DNA from: Acidobacteriota bacterium
Lineage (GTDB): Bacteria; Acidobacteriota; UBA4820; DSQY01
NCBI GenBank assembly: GCA_049967655.1
Contig: JBMFSH010000016.1
Coordinates: 1 to 58,787, forward strand
Direction: 5' to 3'
DNA length: 58,787 nucleotides
The notes under the pieces are model-generated. The model saw only the letters and a list, made by a program, of their open reading frames with translations, did no database searches and was not told the DNA's origin. The position numbers were made by a program, and so were the translations under genes. Position 1 is the stretch's first letter. The number at the start of each line of letters is the position of its first letter. Shown here piece by piece: positions 9,065 to 17,385 of the stretch.

Positions 9065-10120
9065 CTACTTCGCCTGCATGCCGGCGTTCCAGAGAGCCTT
9101 CCCGCCCCCCGTGACATCCTTCGCCCACATGGCCTCGATCATGTCGACCACGTTCATGGGGAGAGGGATGTAGTCCAGGCCCGCGGCCATCGTGCTGCCC
9201 TTGCGGAAGCCCCAGTCGAAGAACTTGAGAATCGCCTGGCCCGTGGCGGGCTCGGTCTGCTTCGCGTAGAGAATGATGAAGGTGGCGCCCGCGATGGGCC
9301 AGGTGTCCTTGCCCGGCTGGTCCGTGAGGACCACGCCGAAGTGGTCCGAGTGGGCCCAGTCGGCGTTGGCCGCCGCCGCCTGGAAGGCCGCCATGGTGGG
9401 CTTCACGAAAAAGCCCGCCTTGTTCTTGAGCTCCACCGTCGTGAGGTGGTTCTGCTTGGCGTAGGAGTACTCCACGTAGCCGATGCCGCCGTCCACCTGC
9501 TTCACGTACGAGGTGACGCCCTCGCTGCCCTTGCCGCCCACGCCGACGGGCCAGTTGACGGCAGTGGAGAAGCCCACCTTCTCCTGCCAGGGCTTGGAGA
9601 CCTTGCAGAGGTAATTGGTGAAGATCCAGGTGGTGCCCGAGCCATCCGCCCGGTGCACCACGGTGATGTCCTCGTCGGGCAGCTTGAGGCCCTTGTTCAG
9701 GGAGGCGATGCGCGGATCGTTCCACTTGGTGATGGTGCCGAGGTAGATATCCGCCAGGACCGGCCCCGAGAGCTTGAGCTGGTCCGTGCCAATCCCCCGG
9801 ATGTTCACCATGATGGCCACTCCCCCCATGGCGGTGGGGAACTGGACCTGGTCATGCTTTCCCAGATCGGCCCCGGAGAGGGGGGCGTCGGAGGCGCCGA
9901 AATCGACGGTGCGGTTGTTGATCTGCTGGATGCCCCCGCCCGATCCGATGGACTGATAGTTCAGGCCCGCCCCTCCCTGGGCCTTGTACTCGTAGGCCCA
10001 CTGCGAATAGAGAGGGTAGGCGAAGGTCGATCCCGCCCCATTGATGATCTTGGGGCCCTGGGCCATGGCGCCCACGCCCACCAGAGCCGCCATACCTGCG
10101 GTCAGCAAAAGCTTTTTCAT
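9065..10120 (-). CDS. pstS: Phosphate ABC transporter substrate-binding protein
   Basis: Signal peptide; GAGSTFAYP, YQSIGSGGG, DFGASD, RADGSGTT; GGAGG RBS. Confidence 0.95.
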   Translation of the reverse strand: MKKLLLTAGMAALVGVGAMAQGPKIINGAGSTFAYPLYSQWAYEYKAQGGAGLNYQSIGSGGGIQQINNRTVDFGASDAPLSGADLGKHDQVQFPTAMGGVAIMVNIRGIGTDQLKLSGPVLADIYLGTITKWNDPRIASLNKGLKLPDEDITVVHRADGSGTTWIFTNYLCKVSKPWQEKVGFSTAVNWPVGVGGKGSEGVTSYVKQVDGGIGYVEYSYAKQNHLTTVELKNKAGFFVKPTMAAFQAAAANADWAHSDHFGVVLTDQPGKDTWPIAGATFIILYAKQTEPATGQAILKFFDWGFRKGSTMAAGLDYIPLPMNVVDMIEAMWAKDVTGGGKALWNAGMQAK

Positions 10121-10243
10121 CCGGTCCTCCTTCAACATCGGAACGACCCTCGGTGCAAGGGCCGCTTCCAATCTCAGGCTATTCGGAAAGGATGACCGGA
10201 GTTTGGCTGGCGTGTTGCGAAATTGAAGTAATGCGGGCTGGAG

Positions 10244-10756
10244 CTAAGGCGTCGGCGAGAGGCGGCGGAGGATTTCCTGCTCCATCGTCTCCCTCGAGGT
10301 CACCTTGACTTCGCAGGCCTCGGCCACGATCAGTCCGAGCGCCTTCTGGTACATTTTCTTCTCCCGGAAGGAGAGGGGCTTCTTGTTGTTCAGGATCCAC
10401 AGGGCCTTGAGGACCCGGACCACGGACATGAGGTCCCCCGAAGCCAGCATGCTGCCGTGCTGCGCAAACCGGTCCTTCCAGGAGGGCAGGATCTCCGGCT
10501 CGCCCTCTCCGAGATAGGTCAGCGCCTCCTCGACCCCCCGCTTCGTGGAGAGGGGCCTGAGTCCGACCTCCTCGATATTGTCGAGCGGAATGAGCACCTT
10601 GGACTCGCCCGTGCTGTCCTTGAAGAGCAGCACGCAGAACACGCGCTGGGTATCGCCCATCTGGCGCTCCCGGATATCCTGAACCAGCCCCACGCCGTAT
10701 CCGGGATAGACGATGGTGTCCCCGACCTTGAACCACAGCTTGCGAGTTCTGGCCAT
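10244..10756 (-). CDS. carD: CarD-family RNA polymerase-binding transcription factor
   Basis: FKVGDTIVYPGYGVG, VGLRPL, WKDR, LSFREKKM. Confidence 0.88.
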   Translation of the reverse strand: MARTRKLWFKVGDTIVYPGYGVGLVQDIRERQMGDTQRVFCVLLFKDSTGESKVLIPLDNIEEVGLRPLSTKRGVEEALTYLGEGEPEILPSWKDRFAQHGSMLASGDLMSVVRVLKALWILNNKKPLSFREKKMYQKALGLIVAEACEVKVTSRETMEQEILRRLSPTP

Positions 10757-10762
10757 GCTGTG

Positions 10763-10771
10763 AGTATACCA
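10763..10771 (-). promoter_or_regulatory. Extended -10 promoter (TGgTATACT) 6 nt before the carD ATG; probable leaderless mRNA
   Basis: Minus strand reads TG G TATACT CACAGC ATG; no SD. Confidence 0.55.
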
Positions 10772-10804
10772 TAGGGGCGGTTGCTGTGTGATACCAACCC
10801 GAGA

Positions 10805-11001
10805 CCCAAATTCCGCGATGCAATTGCCGCCGGTGCGGGAGCCCTCGCCTGCCGCCGACTTCCCCATCGCGATTGAGCGTGTGCGACATTAAGCGGGATG
10901 GGATGAAAGGCCAGCCCCTTTTAGGTAAGCTGCCCTAACTCGCGATCCACGGCTGCATAAGCCTTGTCCCGCCTTCTCCATCCTCCATCGCGCGATTGGG
11001 G
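10805..11001. mobile_element. MITE-like element, copy A (197 bp) with 5-bp target duplication CGAGA
   Basis: Left end CCCAAATTCCGCGATG, right end CATCGCGCGATTGGGG; CGAGA at 10800-10804 and 11002-11006. Confidence 0.8.
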
Positions 11002-11027
11002 CGAGAGGGAAGGGCGTTTGTGCGCGC

Positions 11028-11056
11028 TTGACCTCCCTTCCCGCCCCTCCTATGCT
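11028..11056 (+). promoter_or_regulatory. Sigma70-like promoter TTGACC-17-TATGCT, 7 nt before ATG 11064
   Basis: Hexamers and 17-nt spacer read directly. Confidence 0.5.
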
Positions 11057-11063
11057 TGGGGTC

Positions 11064-12182
11064 ATGCGGAGAATGCTCATGGGCGCGGGCCTCGGCATAG
11101 GCTTGGCGGCGGCCACCTTGGCGGGAGGGTCCCTCCAGGAGCCATCCGGCCAGCCGCTGCGATTCTGCCAGGTAACCTTCCGGCTTCTCACCACGGGTTC
11201 ACACCAGACCACCCAGACCATCGGGACCTTCTCCTCCACCCTTCCCCTGGGCAAGGCGGGCCAGCTCGACAGGCTGATGACCATCACCAACCAGACCCGC
11301 GACGTCTCCACGTCCCTGGCGCTCAAGCTTTCGCTCACGCCCGTTCTGGACGAGAGCGGCCAGCTTCACTGCGTGATTCTCTCCGACGTGAGCCCCCAGG
11401 GCGGGAATCCTACTACCCGGGCCAAGGATATCGTGTTCGCGACGCCGGGCGAGCAGTTGATGGAGCTTTTTGCGGACCCGAGAACGGGTACCCAGGTCGT
11501 CATGGCCGTTCAAGCGGCTCTGGCGGACCCATCCGCCACCGAGGCGCGTTCTAAATTCCCTCCCATTCTCTTCCTGGTGCGCGTGGAGCAGTGGAACGGC
11601 GCCCAGCGCTCCGAGATCGAAACCCTCCAACTCCAGTCCTTGGAGGGCAAAGCGGTGGGCCACGACTACCAGCGGAACGTTCCCCGGTGGGTGGAGGGCG
11701 AGCCATCCGGCCCCGATCAGATCTCCACCCAGCATTTTAAGGAGCTGGATTTCAGCAAGGGCACCCCCGTCATTCAGGCGGGCGAAGGGTTCACCATTCC
11801 GCTGGAAGAGAAAAAATCCTCCAAGGCCCGAAAGGAGAAGGCCGCCAAGGAGAAAACCGACCAGGGGGGCAAAAAGGAGACCCCCAGCCCGCCCAGAAAG
11901 CTGGTCTGGGACAAGGAGTTCTATCACCTGACGCTGTCACCCCTCTCCATCAGGGATGACCATCTGGATCTTAAGGTGCAGGTGGTCGGCCAGATGCTGT
12001 CGCCGACCACCCACCAGCCGCTTCCGGCGGTGGACATTTCCACGGAGAAGAGCCTCCTGCCCAACCAGCCCGTTCCCTTCTATCTGACGAGGGATGTGGC
12101 CGGAGCCACGCAGGGATACGTGCTCTGGATCGTGGCGCGGTGGGGCAACACCGGGGCCTCCTCCTCCGATTTCACCCCGTGA
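11064..12182 (+). CDS. Hypothetical exported protein, beta-rich with Lys-rich insert
   Basis: Signal-peptide-like N-terminus MRRMLMGAGLGIGLAAA; long open frame; no family recognised. Confidence 0.7.
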   Translation: MRRMLMGAGLGIGLAAATLAGGSLQEPSGQPLRFCQVTFRLLTTGSHQTTQTIGTFSSTLPLGKAGQLDRLMTITNQTRDVSTSLALKLSLTPVLDESGQLHCVILSDVSPQGGNPTTRAKDIVFATPGEQLMELFADPRTGTQVVMAVQAALADPSATEARSKFPPILFLVRVEQWNGAQRSEIETLQLQSLEGKAVGHDYQRNVPRWVEGEPSGPDQISTQHFKELDFSKGTPVIQAGEGFTIPLEEKKSSKARKEKAAKEKTDQGGKKETPSPPRKLVWDKEFYHLTLSPLSIRDDHLDLKVQVVGQMLSPTTHQPLPAVDISTEKSLLPNQPVPFYLTRDVAGATQGYVLWIVARWGNTGASSSDFTP

Positions 12183-12241
12183 CCGCCAGCGGCTTTCAAG
12201 CCCAGCCCTCATGTGCCACCCGCCCATTTACTGGAGGTCGA

Positions 12242-12907
12242 ATGCATCGGATCAGACGGCTCACCTTACTCGCGCTCCTCTCCCTCGCACCCCTGTGTGG
12301 CCTCGCCCAGGAGAAGCCCGACGAGGGCCTCTGCGCCCAGACCTTCGCGAAGCTCGCGGAGAGCTACCGGCACTTCACGTCCCTGGAGGCCCATTTCATC
12401 CATACGCTTCACGCTCCGGCGCTGGGCCAGAACGAGGTGGACGAGGGGACCCTCTACCTCGAGAAGGGGGGACGCATGCGCTGGGACTACACCACGCCCC
12501 CGGGCAAACTGGCGGTGGCGGACGGCAAGGAGAGCTACCTCTACCTGCCTTCGGAGGACCAGGTCTTCATCCAGCCTCTCGGGACCGGTCCGAATGCTCC
12601 TCTCGCCATCAGGCTCCTCTCCGGCGACGTGGAGCCGGGAAAGGACCTGTTCTGCATGGGAGCCAGCCGCGACGGGGATACGGTGGTTCTCCGGCTCGGG
12701 CTCGCCTCCGACGCGGAGGGGGTGCGCAACCTGAAGGTGCGGGTGGACGGGGACGGCAAGCAGATCAGCGAGGTCAGCTACACGGACGCCCTGGGCAACC
12801 AGGTGGACCTGCGGCTGACCGGCATCCGGACGCCCGGACACCTCTCCGCCGACCTCTTCACCTTCACCCCCCCGAAGGGAGCCCAGATCATCCGGTCGGG
12901 CGGATGA
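12242..12907 (+). CDS. lolA: Outer-membrane lipoprotein carrier protein LolA family
   Basis: EGTLYLEKGGRMRWDY..P.KLAVADGK, DLFTFTPPKGAQII; GGAGG RBS. Confidence 0.88.
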   Translation: MHRIRRLTLLALLSLAPLCGLAQEKPDEGLCAQTFAKLAESYRHFTSLEAHFIHTLHAPALGQNEVDEGTLYLEKGGRMRWDYTTPPGKLAVADGKESYLYLPSEDQVFIQPLGTGPNAPLAIRLLSGDVEPGKDLFCMGASRDGDTVVLRLGLASDAEGVRNLKVRVDGDGKQISEVSYTDALGNQVDLRLTGIRTPGHLSADLFTFTPPKGAQIIRSGG

Positions 12908-12931
12908 TCGGCGGGGGCGGTCCCGCGGCCC

Positions 12932-13489
12932 TCAGCGAGCGCCGGTACGACATCCGATGAGCGAGAGGAATTCGGCGCGCGCCCTCGGATCGGAGAGAAA
13001 GGTTCCACGAAGCGCAGAGGTGGTGGCCTGGCTCCCCTCCTTCTGTACCCCGCGCATGACCATGCAGAGATGGGTGGCCTCCAGGACCACCCCGAGCCCC
13101 CTGGGCTTGAGGGCACGGGCGATGGTGTCGGCCACCTGCTCCGTGAGCCTCTCCTGAACCTGCAGCCGGCGCGCGAAGTGCTCCAGGATCCTGGGAACCT
13201 TGGAGAGTCCCATGAGGCTCCCGTCGGGTATGTAGGCCACGTGCGCCTTGCCGAAGAAGGGCAACAGGTGGTGCTCGCACAGGCTGTAGAAGGGGATCTC
13301 CTTCACAAGGACAAGGGCCTGGGAAGGATCCGGAAATACGGCGTTCTCGAGGATCTCCTCGATGGACTCGCGGTAGCCCCGAGTCAGCTCCAGCAGGGAT
13401 TCGGAAACCCGGGCCGGGGTCCGGCGGAGACCTTCCCTCCCCGGGTCCTCCCCCAGGGCCGCCAGGATCGCTCTTACGGCCTCTTCCAT
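12932..13489 (-). CDS. folE: GTP cyclohydrolase I
   Basis: [40 protein letters not shown]. Confidence 0.97.
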   Translation of the reverse strand: MEEAVRAILAALGEDPGREGLRRTPARVSESLLELTRGYRESIEEILENAVFPDPSQALVLVKEIPFYSLCEHHLLPFFGKAHVAYIPDGSLMGLSKVPRILEHFARRLQVQERLTEQVADTIARALKPRGLGVVLEATHLCMVMRGVQKEGSQATTSALRGTFLSDPRARAEFLSLIGCRTGAR

Positions 13490-13513
13490 GTCCTCTCCTT
13501 CAGTCAAGGGGTG

Positions 13514-13543
13514 AGTATACGCGCCCCCGCCGGAGGCCTGCAA
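13514..13543 (-). promoter_or_regulatory. Putative folE promoter TTGCAG-18-TATACT
   Basis: Minus-strand hexamers upstream of the folE RBS. Confidence 0.4.
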
Positions 13544-13708
13544 AAGGGTCGATTCAAGGCCCCGACGCCGGGCCTTCCGGTAACGAGGTTAGCAGCACCC
13601 CATGCCACGCAACTAAAGCAGAAAATGGCCTCTACGGAATTCAGCGCTGAGGCGGCGGGTGAGAAAGGCGCCATTTCGTAAACTCAGTATACACCCCTCC
13701 CTAGAGAC

Positions 13709-13737
13709 TTGACAAGGAGCCTTCCATGAATTACTAT
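13709..13737 (+). promoter_or_regulatory. Near-consensus sigma70 promoter TTGACA-17-TACTAT
   Basis: Perfect -35, 17-nt spacer, upstream of the FmdB-family gene. Confidence 0.7.
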
Positions 13738-13778
13738 TGGCTCCGGCATTAAGTAAGTAAGAAGGAAGGATCAGAGAC

Positions 13779-14039
13779 ATGCCTATTTATGAGTACCACT
13801 GCGACAAATGCAACCAGCGCTTCGAACGCCTTCAGCGCCTGTCGGACCCGCTTCTTACGGTGTGTCCGAAGTGCGGGGGTTCGGTGCACAAGATGTTCTC
13901 CGTCCCGGCCCTCCAATTCAAGGGCACTGGATTCTACACGACGGATTACGCTCATCGCCCCAGCGGGAGCGTAGCCTCCGAGAAGAAGCCCGCCTCGCCC
14001 TCCGAGGCAGGAGCTCCTGGAGGTTCGACTCATGAGTAA
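13779..14039 (+). CDS. FmdB-family zinc-ribbon protein
   Basis: MPIYEYHCDKC...CPKCGG...FKGTGFYTTDY. Confidence 0.92.
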   Translation: MPIYEYHCDKCNQRFERLQRLSDPLLTVCPKCGGSVHKMFSVPALQFKGTGFYTTDYAHRPSGSVASEKKPASPSEAGAPGGSTHE

Positions 14040-14139
14040 ATCCCACCTGACACTATCTTACCCTCGTCTACAGACCGTTTCGACGGTTTCCCGCCTTACT
14101 ACCCTACCCACCTAAGCCTAATCCCTCCTCTTTTATAGT

Positions 14140-14170
14140 CCCCCCGGTCCGTTTCGAGACGACCGGGGGG
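14140..14170 (+). terminator. GC-rich hairpin downstream of the FmdB-family gene
   Basis: CCCCCCGGTC...GACCGGGGGG stem followed by a pyrimidine tract. Confidence 0.45.
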
Positions 14171-14233
14171 CCCCTCCTCTTTCCCCGTCCGACTCGGCTT
14201 ACGCTCCTCCTGAGGACCGTGGTAAGGTAGCCC

Positions 14234-15622
14234 GTGATGCGATACACCCGCCCCCATTCCAAAGCGAAGGCTCCCCCGCACTCTCCCCGCCGCAAGCAGT
14301 CTCCCCACGGGGAGCCGACGGCGACGGTGGAGATCGAGGCCCTGACCTGGGGAGGGCGAGGCCTGGCCAGGCACGAGGGCAAGATCATCTTCGTCTCCAA
14401 GGCCGTGCCCGGGGACAAGCTCCTGGTGGGCCTGGACCGCGTCAAATCCCGTTACGCGGAGGGCCACATCCGGGCCGTCCTGGCCCCCGGACCCGACCGG
14501 GTGGAACCGAAGTGCAAATTCTTCAGCCACTGCGGTGGCTGCCAGTGGTTGAGCACGGCCTACGCCCGGCAGCTGCGGGAAAAGGAGCTCCTCCTGCGCT
14601 CCATCCTTCGCCGCCACCTCCCTGAGGCTGGACCGGAGGCCATCGTCGGGGCCGAACCGGATCGGGGCTATCGCCACAAGGGAGAGTTCCACGTCCACCT
14701 CTCCGGTGACACCCTCCGCATAGGCTTCTATCAGGAGGGCAGCCACCACGTGGTCAACTTGGACTTCTGCCTGCTCTTCGACCGTGCCTACAACGTCTTC
14801 TACCAGAACCTCCGCTCCGTCCTCCGCGAAGAGCCTCGGGCGAAGGCGCTGGAGAGGCTGACGCTGGACAGGGACGAGGAGGGGGCGCACTACGCCGCCC
14901 ACCTCCACCTGCGCGAGGGGGCCTCCGAGGAAGAGGCGGCGGCCCTGGCCAGGGTGGGGGAGTCCGCGGGATTGGGAGGGGGACTGGTGACGCCGGCCCG
15001 GGAGCCGGGACGCCTCCTGGCGCGATGGGGCAGGCCCTGGACCCGATACACCCTGCCGGGAGCCGAGGTCGGCGCTCCGGAGCTTCGGATGCAGGCCGAC
15101 GTGCGCTCCTTCACGCAGGCCCACTACCTCATGAACCGGAAACTGGTCTCAGCGGTGCGCGAGTGGCTCGGCCTAGCCCGCCACGAGCGCCTCCTGGATC
15201 TCTACTCCGGCATCGGGAACTTCTCCGTGCCCCTGGCCTCGGTCTGCCGCGAGGTTGTGGCCGTCGAAGCGGGCCCCACGGCCCATGAGGATGCGAAGGA
15301 AAACGCCCGGATCAACGGCCTCCTCAACCTCCGCCACGTCCTGGGGGAAGCGGCCCCGTGGGTCGCCAAGATGGCCGCCGCCAGCGAGAACTTCGACGCG
15401 GTCCTCCTGGACCCACCCCGCACGGGCGCCAGGGACCTCCTGGAGACCCTCGTCCATCTGACTCCCAAGCGCATCCTGTACGTCTCCTGCAATCTGCCCG
15501 CTCTGGAGCGCGACCTGCAGATCCTGGGGGAGTCGGGCTACAGGCCGCTGCGAATGCAGGCCTGGGACCTCTTCCCCCAAACGTACTCCGTCGAGACGCT
15601 ATGCCTCCTCGCGCGCTCCTAG
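14234..15622 (+). CDS. rlmD: 23S rRNA (uracil-C5)-methyltransferase, RlmD/TrmA family with TRAM domain and 4Fe-4S motif
   Basis: C..FSHCGGCQW, SFTQ, LDLYSGIGNF, LDPPRTG, YVSCN, DLFPQT. Confidence 0.92.
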   Translation: MMRYTRPHSKAKAPPHSPRRKQSPHGEPTATVEIEALTWGGRGLARHEGKIIFVSKAVPGDKLLVGLDRVKSRYAEGHIRAVLAPGPDRVEPKCKFFSHCGGCQWLSTAYARQLREKELLLRSILRRHLPEAGPEAIVGAEPDRGYRHKGEFHVHLSGDTLRIGFYQEGSHHVVNLDFCLLFDRAYNVFYQNLRSVLREEPRAKALERLTLDRDEEGAHYAAHLHLREGASEEEAAALARVGESAGLGGGLVTPAREPGRLLARWGRPWTRYTLPGAEVGAPELRMQADVRSFTQAHYLMNRKLVSAVREWLGLARHERLLDLYSGIGNFSVPLASVCREVVAVEAGPTAHEDAKENARINGLLNLRHVLGEAAPWVAKMAAASENFDAVLLDPPRTGARDLLETLVHLTPKRILYVSCNLPALERDLQILGESGYRPLRMQAWDLFPQTYSVETLCLLARS

Positions 15623-15642
15623 CCTCACCGGCAGACGCCGAA

Positions 15643-15672
15643 TTGACAGGAGATCGCCCCCTTCCGTATACT
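15643..15672 (+). promoter_or_regulatory. Sigma70 promoter TTGACA-18-TATACT for tRNA-tilS-hpt
   Basis: Hexamers end ~10 nt before the tRNA 5' end. Confidence 0.7.
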
Positions 15673-15682
15673 TCCGGGCTGG

Positions 15683-15759
15683 GGCGGTGTAGCTCAGGTG
15701 GTTAGAGCAAACGGCTCATATCCGTTGTGTCCGGGGTTCAAGTCCCTGCACCGCCACCA
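15683..15759 (+). tRNA. tRNA with CAT anticodon, probably elongator Met (Ile2 not excluded); CCA encoded
   Basis: Acceptor stem GGCGGTG/CACCGCC, D arm AGCTCAGGTGGTTAGAGC, anticodon arm AACGG-CTCATAT-CCGTT, T loop GGTTCAAGTCC, 3' ACCA. Confidence 0.95.
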
Positions 15760-16726
15760 TCCCCTCCTCAAGCGCTTCAGGCGCGACCTCAAGGAATTTC
15801 CGCTGGCGGGCGGCCAGCGCCTGCTCCTGGCCGTATCGGGCGGCGGAGACTCGGTGGGAATGCTCGCCCTGTTCCTCTCGGCCCGTCCCCGACCCGACCT
15901 GGCGCTGGGCCTGGCCCACGTCCACCACAATCTCAGGATAGGGGAGGCGGACCGCGATCAGGCGTTCGTGTGCCGCCTGGCGGAGACCCTGGGCCTTCCC
16001 TGCGCCTCCGTGACCCTTCGCGGCAAGCCCGCCCCCGCTCAGAGCTGGGAAGAGTGGGCCCGCGAGGGCCGTTATGCTGCCCTGGAATCGCTGCGAGAAA
16101 AGGGACGTTGGGATTGGCTGGCCACGGCCCACAGCAGGGACGACCAAGCCGAGACCGTCCTGCTCAGGATTCATCGCGGCACCGGCCTTCAGGGCCTGGC
16201 GGCCATCCGCCCCGTGGCGGGCAGGGTTCTGCGGCCCGTCCTGGAATTTTCCGGCTCCGAGCTGCGGGAGGCCGCCGCCGCGTGCGGGCTGAGCTGGATT
16301 GAGGACTCCTCCAACGGTGACAGGCGGTTTTTGCGCAACCGTCTCCGGTTGGACGTGATGCCCGTCCTGGAGGCCTCCATGCCAGGATTCGCCCGCCGGC
16401 TCTCGGCCCTGGCCCGGCTCGCCGCCGAGGCTGAGCCGCGGTCCAATCCCTTGGAATTTGCGGATTTGAGCGCGGGTACCTTATATTACCGGTGTGATGC
16501 ACTGGCCGCTCTCCCTCGGGGCGAGGGGCTGGAACTCCTGCGCCAGGGACTGGCTCTGGTGCGGGGGCATCTCCGCAGCATCGGCGAACGCCATCTGCGG
16601 GCCCTCTGGGCCTTGCGGGAAGCGCGCCCGGGAGCCACGGTGGCCCTCCCCGGGGGATGGGCTGGCGTCCGGGAAGAGGCGGGGATCCGGCTGCGGGCAC
16701 TGCCCGCCGGCAGGACGCGAACATGA
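15698..16726 (+). CDS. tilS: tRNA(Ile)-lysidine synthetase (start ambiguous, see findings)
   Basis: AVSGGGDS, HVHHNLR, AREGRY, TAHSRDDQAETVL, DSSN..FLRNRLR; tilS-hpt-ftsH synteny. Confidence 0.9.
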   Translation: MVRANGSYPLCPGFKSLHRHHPLLKRFRRDLKEFPLAGGQRLLLAVSGGGDSVGMLALFLSARPRPDLALGLAHVHHNLRIGEADRDQAFVCRLAETLGLPCASVTLRGKPAPAQSWEEWAREGRYAALESLREKGRWDWLATAHSRDDQAETVLLRIHRGTGLQGLAAIRPVAGRVLRPVLEFSGSELREAAAACGLSWIEDSSNGDRRFLRNRLRLDVMPVLEASMPGFARRLSALARLAAEAEPRSNPLEFADLSAGTLYYRCDALAALPRGEGLELLRQGLALVRGHLRSIGERHLRALWALREARPGATVALPGGWAGVREEAGIRLRALPAGRTRT

Positions 16727-17244
16727 CCATGAAGCTGGCCCACGGCATTCTATTCACCGAGCAGCAGATCCAGCAACGGGTGGTGGAGCTAGCCCGCCAG
16801 ATCCAGAGGGACTACGAGGGGAAGACGCTGGTCCTCTGCGCCATCCTCAAGGGCTCCATCCCCTTCCTCGCCGACCTCATGCGGCACATCCAGGGGGACG
16901 TCCGCCTCGCGCTGATCGAGATGAAGAGCCAGGTGGACGGGCAGCACGCCTCCATCCTCTTCACCTCCAGCCTCGATCTGGCTGACCGGCACGTGCTGAT
17001 CATCGAGGACATCGTGGACACGGGCATCACCCTGGATTACCTGCTCAAACACCTGGACGCCGAGCGGGCTCCCGCCTCCCTCAGGGTCGCAGCCTTCCTG
17101 GACAAGCCCGAGGCCAGGCGGATCGAGGTGCCGCTCCATTACCGGGGATTCACCGTTCCAGACAAGTTTGTGGTGGGCTACGGCCTGGATTACCAGGAGA
17201 GATTCCGGAACCTACCCTTCATCACCTGGGTGGAACCGGAATGA
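16723..17244 (+). CDS. hpt: Hypoxanthine phosphoribosyltransferase
   Basis: ILKGS.PFLADL, LIIEDIVDTGITL, FVVGYGLDY..RNLP; ATGA overlap with tilS. Confidence 0.95.
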   Translation: MTMKLAHGILFTEQQIQQRVVELARQIQRDYEGKTLVLCAILKGSIPFLADLMRHIQGDVRLALIEMKSQVDGQHASILFTSSLDLADRHVLIIEDIVDTGITLDYLLKHLDAERAPASLRVAAFLDKPEARRIEVPLHYRGFTVPDKFVVGYGLDYQERFRNLPFITWVEPE

Positions 17245-17385
17245 TGTCACCGCCGCGGGCGTTCCGCATCATAGGTTAGAGACCCGGCCTGCGGGTTGGT
17301 GGTCTCGAGTCGAAGGCTCCGGCCGGTGTCCCTTCGCCCTATCCTCCGATGCCGTGGCCAGGCAGCCTGACCGAAGGGAGCAGCA

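Noticed and set aside
10153..10171. Possible sigma54 promoter TGGAAGCGGCCCTTGCA upstream of pstS
   Set aside because: GG-to-GC spacing is 11 nt, not the required 10
17306..17323. TCGAGTCGAAGGCTCCGGC, similar to sequence near 36008 and 13549
   Set aside because: Too short to establish as an element remnant without alignment statistics
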